This document shows positions 35,548 through 46,377 of a stretch of DNA of 64,000 nucleotides, in pieces. Position 1 is the stretch's first letter, and each line of letters starts with the position of its first letter. The translations under genes and the position numbers were made by a program. Below the pieces are notes generated by a model that did not search any database, had not been told where the DNA came from, and saw only the letters and a program-made list of their open reading frames with translations. Location of the stretch: contig OZ316898.1 of NCBI GenBank assembly GCA_973895155.1, positions 16,351,420 through 16,415,419 on the forward strand, given 5' to 3'. Origin of the DNA: Marsupella aquatica (taxonomy: Eukaryota; Plantae; Marchantiophyta).

Positions 35548-35786
35548 GCATTTCTTAAGCCGTGAGATATGAAGTTAGAACGGAAGCGTAGGTAATGACT
35601 GACCTTACGCCGAGGGAAGAAAGAGTGATTCAATGGGAGAGAGCTCGACTGTAGCAGCTCGCCGGGTGGCATGATACACAGCGACTGAGAGGGGCAGAAA
35701 GAGCTGGTAGCTCCGAAACTGGAAGTGGCGTCGAAGAAGACATACCAGAAGAAGAGTCGGTAAGGAGAAGTGAGTCTCCAACCGAC

Positions 35787-38575
35787 ATGGGGGAACCAGA
35801 GGCACGGCCAGACGAGAGGCCAGGGACCAGATTGAGCCAGCGGTCGCGCATACATTACAAGGCATTTCATGGGAGAGGAGATGAGGATCCGGACGAATGG
35901 TTGGATGATTTCGAGGGAACCGCTGCAGCAAATGGAGAATCGGCCATCAAGATGCAGATTCTTCCCGGCCTGTTCAAGGGTGAGGCTAGGCCTTGGTACA
36001 GAGCATTAGATGTGGAAGATCAAGCCATCTGGGATATCTTCAAAACACTCTTTGTTAAGGAGTTTCGACCCATTGGAACTTCAGAACTAGCAGTGCTGAA
36101 GTTGGGACAACTTCGGTTCAAGGAGAACAAATCCTTCAGGAAGTTCTTGCAACGCTTTCAGAAACTGGTAAGACGTACAAAGACCAATGCATCTGAAGGT
36201 ATGCAACTTCAATGGTTGGTGAATGCTTTGCCACAGAAGATGAGTTTTGCAATTAGGAAGGAGAACCCGGAGACTTTAGCCGAAGCAATTAAGGATATTC
36301 AATTATACATTAATGCAGATATCACAAGCCGGAAGAAACAGCTTAAGTCTGAGAGTTCCTCATCAGAGGAGGGATCACCCCATAAGAAAAAAGATAAGAA
36401 GAAGAAACATCCCAAGAAGTCTAGAAGTGATAAGTCAAGCTCGGATAGTGGGAGTAGCAAGAGTGAGTCATCTTCTAGTTCTGAAGAAGAAAAAACTAGG
36501 AAAAGGAAGGGCAGAAGGAGAGGGAAGACGAAAGTCAAGATGGAGGCTAAGCCACCAGATAACATCGTAGCCCTTACCGAGCAACTTAAGGCTATCATTG
36601 CAGAGGTAAAACCAAAGAAGAAGGTAGTACAGGAGGATAGCTCTGTATGGTGTGCCTTATGTTATAAAACCGGACACCATAAAGATGCGTGTCCTAAGCT
36701 TAATACTAATCATGTTCGGCATGTGGCCGAGATCAGACCATGTCAGGGAGAAGTAGAGTACTTTTTGGGAGATGCCGCTGATAGTGTTTTCGGCATCAGT
36801 GAGACTGGAGCACGAGACCTATCCAACAGACCTGCATCTCTGTGGTCAGGGTTAAGGAACAATCCAGGAGAGATGTATCCTCGGATTATTCAGAACCCGT
36901 CAGTACCTCCTAGGCCGAATGTGCAAAGATTTGCGGCGTGCTATAATTGTGGTCAACCTGGCCATTTTGCTAGAGAATGCCCGAATGCACGCAAACAGGG
37001 TGATGGACAACCAGCTCAGCTATGTATGGGATGCCGACAGGAAGGTCATATGCTAGGGCAATGTCCTACTTGGTTGGCAGGCCTGGCCGCAAATCATAAG
37101 CTTTTGCCGATCAAGATCTTACCGCCAGGTACTACCCCCGGAGGAGTTCAAATCAACCACATCGAACTAGGATGGCAAGAGGATGCCGAGGCAGAGTTCG
37201 TACCATCTGATGATGAGGCCGAAGCCCTATCAACCTTCTCAGAGGAGGATTTAGATCATGATTGCTACCGGGTCTCTACTCGATCTACCAGAAGGAAGGA
37301 AAGGTGGGATGGGCTGGCCAAAAATAAAGGGAAGGTTACGGAGGAAAGGATCGACTCTTCGTCAACATCAACAGAAGGAGAAGGGAGGGCTCCGGCAATA
37401 CAGGTAAGCCATGAGCCCACCAGTGAAACCAATCCTTCACAAGATAGCGACTTCAATCGAGATCATCCTAAGTTGTTCTACCCCTCTGTTACGGCTAGTG
37501 TTAAGGAACAACTAAGAGAATTAGAAACCCTGGAGAATACCGAAGCCATTGCCAAGGATGTAAAACGAGCAAAAGCATTGTTTGCTTCGGAAGACCCAAC
37601 AGCTGTGGAGACTAGCGTGGCAAAACTGGCCGAATCCAAGACGGAAACACCACCAGAAGAGAAGCCGATTGTTCCCTATGACCTGGCTAAAGATGTACTA
37701 GAATCTAGAGTCTCGGCAACAGTAGGTCAACTATTGAAAAATAGCCCGTACTTCCGGAAGCAATTAAGGAAGGCTATTCTCGGCAAGCCGAGATTACCCA
37801 AGGTAGCAACCAGATCCGACGTACTAATGATAGAAGAAGATCAAGGAGCCCCAGCATTACCATTAATGATTCAAGGAGAATTATTACTACGGGTACCCAT
37901 CGGGTATGTATTATGATTGATTCAACAGCAAAAGGGTGGGGTCTAACACCGGAGATGACTGGAAGAGTGTTGAACATGGCCAATGGATATCAGGTCATTC
38001 CGACGGGAGTGTTAACCGGCATCAAGACAGAGATAGGAGGTATCTTCTTTAGCATTAACTATGTAGTAATGAAGCCGGTAAATCCTACGTCATTCCGGCT
38101 ATTGATTGGTAGGCCATGGCTGTACCTAGCCGAGGTAATAGAAGATTGGGGTAAAAAGCAGTTCACTTTCGGGACCCCCTCTATCACGGTATCCTGGGAC
38201 ACTAAGGATGACCGTAGGAAAAGCATAAGGGAAGTAGATGGGTACGACAGTGGACTGGAGTCAGCCGATGAAGTACGTTGGTTAGAATGCCTCACTAACC
38301 TAACCGAAGAAGGTGTCTTTGGACCAGAGGTACCCCCCAGCGGATTATGGCAAGAACCAATGGAAGGTGACTTGGAAGAAGAAGACGAAGAGGTCGAGGA
38401 CTGCTTTACAATAGAATCCACCTTTTTAGCTGCAATTCCGGAGGAAGTAAAGGATGTAGACCAATTGGATGAAACGGCTAAGTGGGGAGCAGTAGCAGGG
38501 ACAGTGGATTTTCTGCAGGCGTTGTGGCAGAGCCGACGGGGTCCACAACGCCATCGATCATCGGCAAGGAATTAA
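35787..38575 (+). pseudogene. Gag-protease ORF (3 CCHC knuckles); a frameshifting deletion at ~37901 removes the protease catalytic motif
   Basis: CALCYKTGHHKDAC, CYNCGQPGHFAREC, CMGCRQEGHMLGQC; RVPI-[gap]-VCIM..LLIGRPWL versus VLVDGGAGVNIM in the relative at 17570. Confidence 0.88.
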
Positions 38576-41500
38576 ATACCAAGGGATCGGCATACAAGCC
38601 GATTACGAGGGCAGAACAAATTGAGGCCCTATTAGAAGCCGAGAGAGCACAGCGGCCTAACTCTCAGGAGCAAGAAGTGGATGAGATGGACAGACACGAT
38701 CCAGAGCCAAGGCAGGAAGGGGAGCCGACCACTAATTCAAAACCGAATAGACCGGTAAGGGGACAATCTATGGACACCAAGGAAGGGACCGACTCGGCTA
38801 GTCCAGCCGAGATCCCAGTTTATGGAGGTATGAGATTAGAGAGACTGGAAGCCGAACTGGACCCGAATTTGAAGAAGCAGATTAATATGATCCAAGCACG
38901 GCAATATCGGAAGCTCGACTTAGGAGAGGGAAGAGAACTGAACTTAGGGAGAAACCTAGCACCTGAGCTCGAGAAAGAGATCAGTGACTTATTGATTGAA
39001 TTTCAGGATGTGTTTGCATGGAGTCACCAAGATCTAAAGGGAGTAGATCCAACACTAGGGGAACATCGAATTGATCTCATGTTAGGAGCCAAATCATTTC
39101 GACAACCAATTCGAAGGATGAACCCGAAGTATTCCCTGCTGGTCAAAACAGAAATCGACAAACTAGTGGAAGCTGGATTCATCACTCCAGTCCTGCATTC
39201 AGACTGGGTGTCTCCAATTGTGATAGTTCCCAAGAAAGCTGGACCCGATGGTAAACCCAAGATCCGGGTTTGTCAGGATTACAGGAAGCTGAATGAAGCA
39301 ACATTAAAAGACCATTTTCCTTTACCGTTTACTGATATGGTACTAGACATGGTAGCCAGTCATGAACTATATTCATTCATGGATGGATACTCTGGTTATA
39401 ACCAAATCAGGATTCGACAGGAAGACCAAATCAAGACGGCCTTCATCACGGAATGGGGGATCTATGTCTTCAATCGTATGCCGTTTGGACTCTGCAACGC
39501 ACCAGCTATGTTCCAACGATTAATGGTGAACATTTTTCATGATTACTTGAGAAAGTTCATGGAAATCTTCATTGATGACTTTGCAGTATTCGGGAAGGCA
39601 TCGAAACATGCTAAATACCTCAGGAAAACCTTCATGAGATGTAGAGAGGTGGGTCTCAAGTTACACCCAGATAAATGTTTTTTTGCAGTAACCGAGGGGG
39701 TGCTACTAGGTCACAAGGTATCAAGGAAGGGCATTGAGATTGACAAAGGTAAGCTAGCAGTATGGCTAGATATCATGCAACCTAAGAACATAAAGGATGT
39801 AAGATCCTTCTTGGGATGCATTGGTTACTATCGCCGGTTCATCAAGGATTTTGCCAAGCTGGCTTTACCATTAACCAATATGCTCAAGGCAGGAGCAGAC
39901 TTCGAACCCACACCCGAACGAGTCACAGCGGTGGTAGAATTGAAGCAGATGTTAGTAGAGGCCCCAATCATGATAGCACCGGACTGGAACAAAGATTTTC
40001 ATGTTTTTGTAGATGTCTCGGGCTTCTGTATTGGCTCAGTACTAAGTCAGTTGGATGAGAAAGGAAGGGACCATCCCATATACTTCGCAAGCCGTCAGCT
40101 TGCCGATGCCGAACGGAACTACTCTACCACGGAAAGAGAAGCATTAGGAGTCATTTATTCTTGTAAAAAGTTTAGGCATTATTTACTAGGGTACAAGGTA
40201 ATCTTTCATACTGATCATGAAAGTTTGAAGTACCTAGTCAATAAGCCGGACCTTACAGGCAGAGTAGCAAGATGGATTTTGCTATTACAGGAGTTTGACT
40301 ATGAGCTGAGGATCAAGCCAGGAAAGTTACATGCCAATGCCGACTTCTTTTCAAGGATCACAGGTAAACCTGCCACGGATTGCATCGATGATCGATTCCC
40401 CGACGAGGAGCTATTCGTTGTGGAAATAGCTGGTACATGGTACCCTGAGATTTTACAATTTCTCAACACTTCCAGATTACAGCCAGGGTTAAGCCGAGAG
40501 CAAGCCGCAGTCTTTGTGCGGAAGGTCAGACAGTATCAGTGCATTAAAGGCATACTGCACAAGCATGGAATCAACGGCACGATTCAAAGATGTTTGGAAA
40601 AGAGAGAGGTAAAACGAGTCCTACGGGCCATGCATGGAGAGGAGGCCGGAGGACATTTTGCCCCAGTAACCACGTCTAAGAAGATATTAAATGCCGGTTA
40701 CTGGTGGCCCACCTTGCACAAAGATGTCTATCAGTTTATCAAACAATGCGATCCTTGTCAACGAGCGGGAGGACCAAGGGCGTCCACCAGGCATCCACTG
40801 CACCCTATTCTACCTCTGGCACCATTCGAGAAGTGGGGTATTGATTACATTGGACCTCTGAAACCACTGACCCACCCTCGACGGAACAAGTACATAATCC
40901 TGGCTACGGATTATGCAACTAAATGGGTAGAGGCCAGACCAACAACGAAGGATGATGCAATTACTACGGCTAGATTCATGTATGAGCAGATCTTCACCAG
41001 GTATGGAGCACCCCTAGAATTAGTTAGTGATAGAGGAACCCATTTTTTGAATGATATAATTAGTCGTTTAAATGAGCAGTATTTAGTTAAACATAGGCCT
41101 ACTACTCCCTACCATCCAAAGGCAAACGGGTTGACAGAACGAGCAAACGGAATCATAGGAAAGATATTGAACAAGACAGTAGCTCAGAACAAACTCGATT
41201 GGGATGATAAATTGTTTGCTGCTGTTTTTGCTTACAATCTTGCCTATAAATCCACTACCGGTCATACACCCTTCTTCTTAACCTTTGGACAAGAAGCCCT
41301 GGTACCCATGCAACTTGAGATACCGACATTTCAAGTTACAATTGAGGAAAGAGCCTCAGCGGAGGAGAGCCTAAAGGAGCGAGAATATAGGTTAGAAGCT
41401 TTAGAGGAAGCGAGAATGATTTCAGCCAAGAGAGTAGAATATAGACAGAATATCATGAAGCAGCAGTATGATAAAAGGTTAAAAGTAGTTAGTATTCATA

Positions 41501-41748
41501 CCGGTGATCTTGTGCTACTTTATGACAGTAGGTATAGTAGGTTTCCAGGAAAGCTTTACACTTGCTGGTTAGGACCCTTTAGAGTAACCATGATGTTCCC
41601 CAATGGCTCCGTACAATTGGCCAACATTACGGGAGAGGTATATCCAGTTCGCATCCATTATGACCGCCTCAAGAAATACTATATGGACGAAGATGAAGTT
41701 GTTCGCGAGGACGCTTCACAATTAAGTGGGGAGCTATGTGATGCCTAG
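38482..41748 (+). CDS. Pol: RT, RNase H, integrase (uninterrupted, -1 frame relative to protease)
   Basis: MDGYSGYNQI, MPFGLCNAP, FIDD, DVSG..EREAL, H..GGH..CDPC, IDY..SDRG..GLTER, WLGPF. The stop codon lies 12 nt inside the 3' LTR. Confidence 0.95.
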   Translation: MGSSSRDSGFSAGVVAEPTGSTTPSIIGKELNTKGSAYKPITRAEQIEALLEAERAQRPNSQEQEVDEMDRHDPEPRQEGEPTTNSKPNRPVRGQSMDTKEGTDSASPAEIPVYGGMRLERLEAELDPNLKKQINMIQARQYRKLDLGEGRELNLGRNLAPELEKEISDLLIEFQDVFAWSHQDLKGVDPTLGEHRIDLMLGAKSFRQPIRRMNPKYSLLVKTEIDKLVEAGFITPVLHSDWVSPIVIVPKKAGPDGKPKIRVCQDYRKLNEATLKDHFPLPFTDMVLDMVASHELYSFMDGYSGYNQIRIRQEDQIKTAFITEWGIYVFNRMPFGLCNAPAMFQRLMVNIFHDYLRKFMEIFIDDFAVFGKASKHAKYLRKTFMRCREVGLKLHPDKCFFAVTEGVLLGHKVSRKGIEIDKGKLAVWLDIMQPKNIKDVRSFLGCIGYYRRFIKDFAKLALPLTNMLKAGADFEPTPERVTAVVELKQMLVEAPIMIAPDWNKDFHVFVDVSGFCIGSVLSQLDEKGRDHPIYFASRQLADAERNYSTTEREALGVIYSCKKFRHYLLGYKVIFHTDHESLKYLVNKPDLTGRVARWILLLQEFDYELRIKPGKLHANADFFSRITGKPATDCIDDRFPDEELFVVEIAGTWYPEILQFLNTSRLQPGLSREQAAVFVRKVRQYQCIKGILHKHGINGTIQRCLEKREVKRVLRAMHGEEAGGHFAPVTTSKKILNAGYWWPTLHKDVYQFIKQCDPCQRAGGPRASTRHPLHPILPLAPFEKWGIDYIGPLKPLTHPRRNKYIILATDYATKWVEARPTTKDDAITTARFMYEQIFTRYGAPLELVSDRGTHFLNDIISRLNEQYLVKHRPTTPYHPKANGLTERANGIIGKILNKTVAQNKLDWDDKLFAAVFAYNLAYKSTTGHTPFFLTFGQEALVPMQLEIPTFQVTIEERASAEESLKEREYRLEALEEARMISAKRVEYRQNIMKQQYDKRLKVVSIHTGDLVLLYDSRYSRFPGKLYTCWLGPFRVTMMFPNGSVQLANITGEVYPVRIHYDRLKKYYMDEDEVVREDASQLSGELCDA
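38506..38565 (+). other. Candidate programmed -1 ribosomal frameshift signal
   Basis: In-phase G_GAT_TTT, 5-nt spacer, perfect 10-bp stem (38518-38527 / 38543-38552), all within the overlap of the PR and RT frames. Confidence 0.7.
41723..41736 (+). other. Polypurine tract
   Basis: TAAGTGGGGAGCTA immediately before the 3' LTR. Confidence 0.8.
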
Positions 41749-44700
41749 ACAGGAATCACTCGGCCGGTTAAGTGGGTAAAGCAGGAAGGCACCCTAGGAA
41801 CACCTTAGTATAGGGACAAAACAAGGAAAATATAAACAATTAGGGGCAACCATGGAACCCGGGCAGAGGCCGGAGGTAAGGCTGAGGGTGAAAACCCGAT
41901 TAGGGTTAGGGCGCGTTAAGCGTCGGCGGCTAGGAAGGATCAACGGGAAGAAGGACCGGCAGAGGAGAGGGGTAAGGAGCGCTTGCAGGAGATGGTGGCT
42001 CATTTGCGAGCACGAACTAGGCAGACGACTACGGGAGGCCAACTACTGTCAGCTGCTTAGGCAAGCACTCGGAGAGAGAATAGATACCGATGATCGACCT
42101 AAGGAGGGTATGAGCAACGTCAATCAAGCGGCACATTTCTAGGGATGCATGTTCGAACGGGCAACTGAGTACATCAAGACTTACGAGGACGAGGAGTCAG
42201 AAAGGGCAGCTCGAGAACGGCAGGAGCTCGCTCGATTGTGGGAGCTGCAGAAGACGGCTTTCTTAGGAGGCAAACTCATCAAGGACGAGTTCCTGTGGAC
42301 GCCTACTTCCAATCAACTCGACGATCTTCTGTTTTGCAAAGACAGCGTCGTCGGCATCCGAGAGGCCATCAAGAACTGCAACGACATACACTGGGAATTA
42401 AAGGGTAGCACGGAAAGGTGGACCCAGGCAACGGTGCTAGGAGAAACCTCCACGGCAGCAGAGATGAAGAGGAAGGGGGCCGTCAACGATGAAGCCACCC
42501 CGGCAAAAAGAATGAGGTCGGCGGCACCAAAGAGGCCAGCCAAGCAGCAGAGCAGGAGGCAAGGAGAAGCCGAAGAGGAGGAGGTCGATCCCATCAAGGC
42601 CATTCCAACCAGGGATGACACCTGGAAGGGCTGGGCGGCAACCCTACCGGTGGAGGTGCAACTACATTTTGCACGGGAGGAGGATGCATGCTTTACGGCC
42701 ATGCAGACCAAGAAGTACCAAGGCTTCATGGCCGGATCCGGCTTGGAGGCCTTTGTAAGATTACCATGGCTGAAGCCGGAGGTACCGGAGTCAGACCTAT
42801 TAGAATTCGTGGGGTCATGGGAACCCGAGACCAATTGCACGAGGATATATGGGAAGGATTTCTATCTTACTCCCAAGGTAATTGCCGAAGTGTTTGGCTT
42901 GCCGATAGGCAATAAGACCAAAGTTGATACCAGGAAGACCTTGCCTGACAAGGAGTTCCGGTCGTTCCCCGGGCCATCAACGAAGAATGGCTTCTTCCGG
43001 AACACCTGCACCAACCCGCACATAGGAGAGATGATCGACTTCTTGCGGGTGACCATGCATTGTAACTTGCCGAGGGCAGAGATCGGCAAGGCACAGGTCT
43101 ATCTGGCAGAAAGGCCAGACCCAAGCCGGGACTACAACGGGTACCTCCTCAACCAATTGAAGAAGATCTTAAAGGAGGAGCAGCAGGTAATCGGCATGGG
43201 GAGCGTGTCGCGGCTTGGCTATCACATGCCGCTGTTGTGCCGGTATGCCAGAGGTCAGACTTTTGCCCCGGTACTTCCCCTGCAGGTAAGGGCACCCGAG
43301 GAAGCTCCAACGCCGAGGCCGTTGGCTGAGAAGCCTCAACCACCTGTTAGTCCTACGATCGAGCAGGTGTTTAGGCCCAGGAAGGAAGACTTGCCGATGC
43401 AGCAACCAGGCATGCAGAGTCTGCTGAAACTACTGGAGAAAGAAAAGAAATCGGCATCGGCAACAACAACGGCAACGGCAACAATGCAGGACACTACTAC
43501 AGAGGTAGGCCTACACCGGCTCACAAGAGAAAACCCCTTTGCTGGAGACAAGGAGAGAATCAGGCCGGAATCCAAGCCAGGTGTTCGAATGTACGTGGGA
43601 ACCTCAAGCTCCAAATCTGAGGCAGAATTGCCTGAAGCTCCTACCGACGAAGAGGAGAGGGAGAAGCCGGACGTCCAAGAGGTAGAGGAGGCAGTGGAGG
43701 ACTGCAGCCATGATAATTCCGGCTATGGGTCGGACCATCACGTTCCAGGAGTAAGGACCTATGGCCGGTTTGTCCCCACACTTCCAAGGGTAGTGCGAGG
43801 GGACCCCAACCAGCAGAGTAGCCCTGAGTCTCCCCCACCAGATGTTGCTCCCCCGAGCTTCGACGGCATAAAACAGACGGTGCAGGAATTTCAGGAGCGA
43901 ATCAAGCAGGAGGAGGAGGCCGCCCTGGCTAAGGAAAAGGATTTACCAGGAGGAGATTGGCCGGAGGACATCAGGCGGCTAGCCGAAAAAGGAAGCAAAC
44001 CTCTAGCCACGATTGAAGAGATCCGCAGGACGGCTTGGGAGCAGAGGCCACGATGGGCGATACCGATCACTTCTACTTACTCCACCTACGCTAAGAATAG
44101 AGCCATGGAGTATGGTGAGATGTGTGGGGAACTTGCGCTCGGCCTCTTTGGAGAGGAGTTGGAGGTAGGACCCTTTTTCCATAGGGAGCAGTTGGAGAAG
44201 CACCAATTAGAAGAAGCGGTGGCTTTAGAGAGAAGCAAGAAGGACGAGGTCATTCGGCGGCTTAGGAGGATGGAAGCCGAGATTGAAGATCTAAGGGCGG
44301 CCAAGAAAGCCCAAGATGAACTGCGGATTAAACGACATGAGCTGAACATCATGCAGGGGCAGTTGGACACCGCGCAGGCTGATAATCAGAATATCAAGGA
44401 TAAACTGACTCAGACGCAGGAAGAGTTGGCCGACACGATCAAAGAGAGGGAGAAGTGGAAGCAAGAGCTGAAGAATACAGAGGAGGCCCACATAACAGCC
44501 AACAGCCGGGCCATGGCGGAGACCCAAAGAAAGGAATGGGCGTTGAAAGGGGAGCTCGAGAAAATCCGCGGAGCCCTTGAGCAGAAGGAGGTCGAGTTAG
44601 GGAAATCCTATCAAGGGATTATGGCGCTGCAGCAGGAGCTTGCGTCCCTGACGGCCAGCTTCAAGGCCGACCTAAGGGAGAAGGACGAGATGCTCGAACA

Positions 44701-46372
44701 GACTTACGCCAAGATGAACCAGATGGAGTCTGTCATCATTGCAGAGCTCGACAAGGAGCTAAGAGCAACCCAGGAGGAGAGGGCTACCTTGAAGAAGGAA
44801 TTGGAGGAAGCCCACAGGGAGCAGGAGGAGGCCAAAAATGAGCTGGAGGGGGCACGTAAGGACCTGGATGAAACCCAAGAGGAGTTGGAGGAAATCACGA
44901 GGAAGATAGAGAACCTACAGCGGCGGGCCGACAACCAAACAGAGCGGCTGAAGAAACAAGCCGCAGTATTTAAATGCTTAGCTGCAGCAGGTCCATCTCC
45001 CGTTGGGACAAACCAGTTACCAGGGGTGGTAATTGCCGAAGGACAAGCCGCGCCACCTGCACCAGTGCCGGAAGTAAGTGGGAAGGGGAAGGGACCAGCT
45101 GCCGAGCCACCAACGAAGAAGAAGCGGAAACCTTCAGGGTCAAGGAGTAATACGACTTCACAGGCCGTGGTGATCAAGGAGGTAGACCCAGCACCGACCC
45201 CATACAGGGTCACGGCTAGGGATCCAACTACCCTAGGGGAAGGGGAGGCCGAAGCCGAGGGAGTGGCTGAGGCCGAAGCCGTGGGTATTGCCGAGGCCGG
45301 TGTCGAGGCTGAAGCCGAAGGTGGACCCAGTCAGGCCGATGGAGAGTTGACTCAGTCAAGGGCAGGTAATCTGTCAGAGAATGAACCTACGGCAGTGGCT
45401 GAGGAGGAAGCGTTGGGGGCGTCCATTAAGGATCCACCACCGGTGTCGTGACGGTGCAAGGGCGCCGTTCCTTTTAGGGAGGGCGGACGTGGAGGGAGGA
45501 GGCGTGAGTGGGCAGGGCGGGCGCGGATCTCCACGTTTAGGATTAGGATCAGAACCAGGAGCGGCCCTGACACTTAGCTTAGTGGGATTGCGGTCCCACT
45601 GGTAGGAGCAACACTTGTGCTCCTGCCTTGCTGTACATAGGTAGATTCGGGCAAGTAGATTACTGTTAAGTAGATTAGGCTTACGATGCAAAGAATGGCG
45701 GATCCACTACCAGGATAAGTACCTGGGCAGCGGGGAGCTCAGGGCCTCTTCTTTAGCAAGTTTTTAGTTTGCACCAGCCGGGCTGGGATCAAGTAGTACG
45801 AGAAGCTCTCGGTTAGTCATACAGTGACCCTTGTGTATATTCATGTTTCCTCATGCCTAAGAGCTGAATAGAGTTGGCCTCACGGCTTAGTTCGCAGAAC
45901 TTGTGTATGAGATGTACTGTTTGTATGGCAAGTGCATGGTATGACTCAGTCAGAATGAGTCATTTTGCTATTTGTGTGTCGCATTAACTTGTGTGAAGAG
46001 TGCCCACATCAACAGAAGGAAGGAAAGTAAGCAGGGGAGTGAGAGTTGGATGTGTCGAGCTGAGAGAGGTCTTAGCGGCTTAACCAAGCCTATTGGGGAT
46101 CATTCCGGCGGCGGAATCCAAACATACCTAACAAGACGGAGGGGAAGACAGGGGAAGACAGGGGAAGGCCTATATTAGGCCGGCTACGTATCTCATGACC
46201 CGATGAAGGATCTGTCCAGTATATGTGTGTAAAATGTTAATAGTAGTAGTAGAAGGTTAGCAGCGTCCCATGCCGCTAAGCCGCGGAAACGGCCTCGCCA
46301 AGCACGAAACCTGCGGGAATCGGCTTGAGCTGGGGGGTTTCTTGGGTTTAGGGAGCCATGGGACGCACCACA
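41737..46372 (+). repeat. 3' LTR (4636 bp)
   Basis: About 19 substitutions versus the 5' LTR counted by eye; no net indel. Confidence 0.96.
41852..45451 (+). CDS. LTR-encoded 1199-codon ORF, 3' copy, premature TAG at 42140-42142 (1100 aa open after it)
   Basis: ORFs 41852-42142 and 42149-45451 are in one frame. The 5' LTR has TGG at the stop position. Confidence 0.85.
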
Positions 46373-46377
46373 CTATG

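Larger units (their letters stand above)
30890..46372 (+). mobile_element. Ty3/gypsy (non-chromovirus) LTR retrotransposon, 15483 bp, with protein-coding 4.6-kb LTRs
   Basis: TG..CA direct repeats at a constant offset of 10847; TSD CTATG (30885-30889, 46373-46377); PBS and PPT; gag-PR-RT-RH-INT order; no chromodomain. Confidence 0.97.

Noticed and set aside
30890-46372. 4.6-kb repeat as a segmental duplication of a host myosin/SMC-like gene
   Set aside because: The boundaries coincide exactly with TG..CA, PBS, PPT and a 5-bp TSD. No introns, ATPase or motor motifs.
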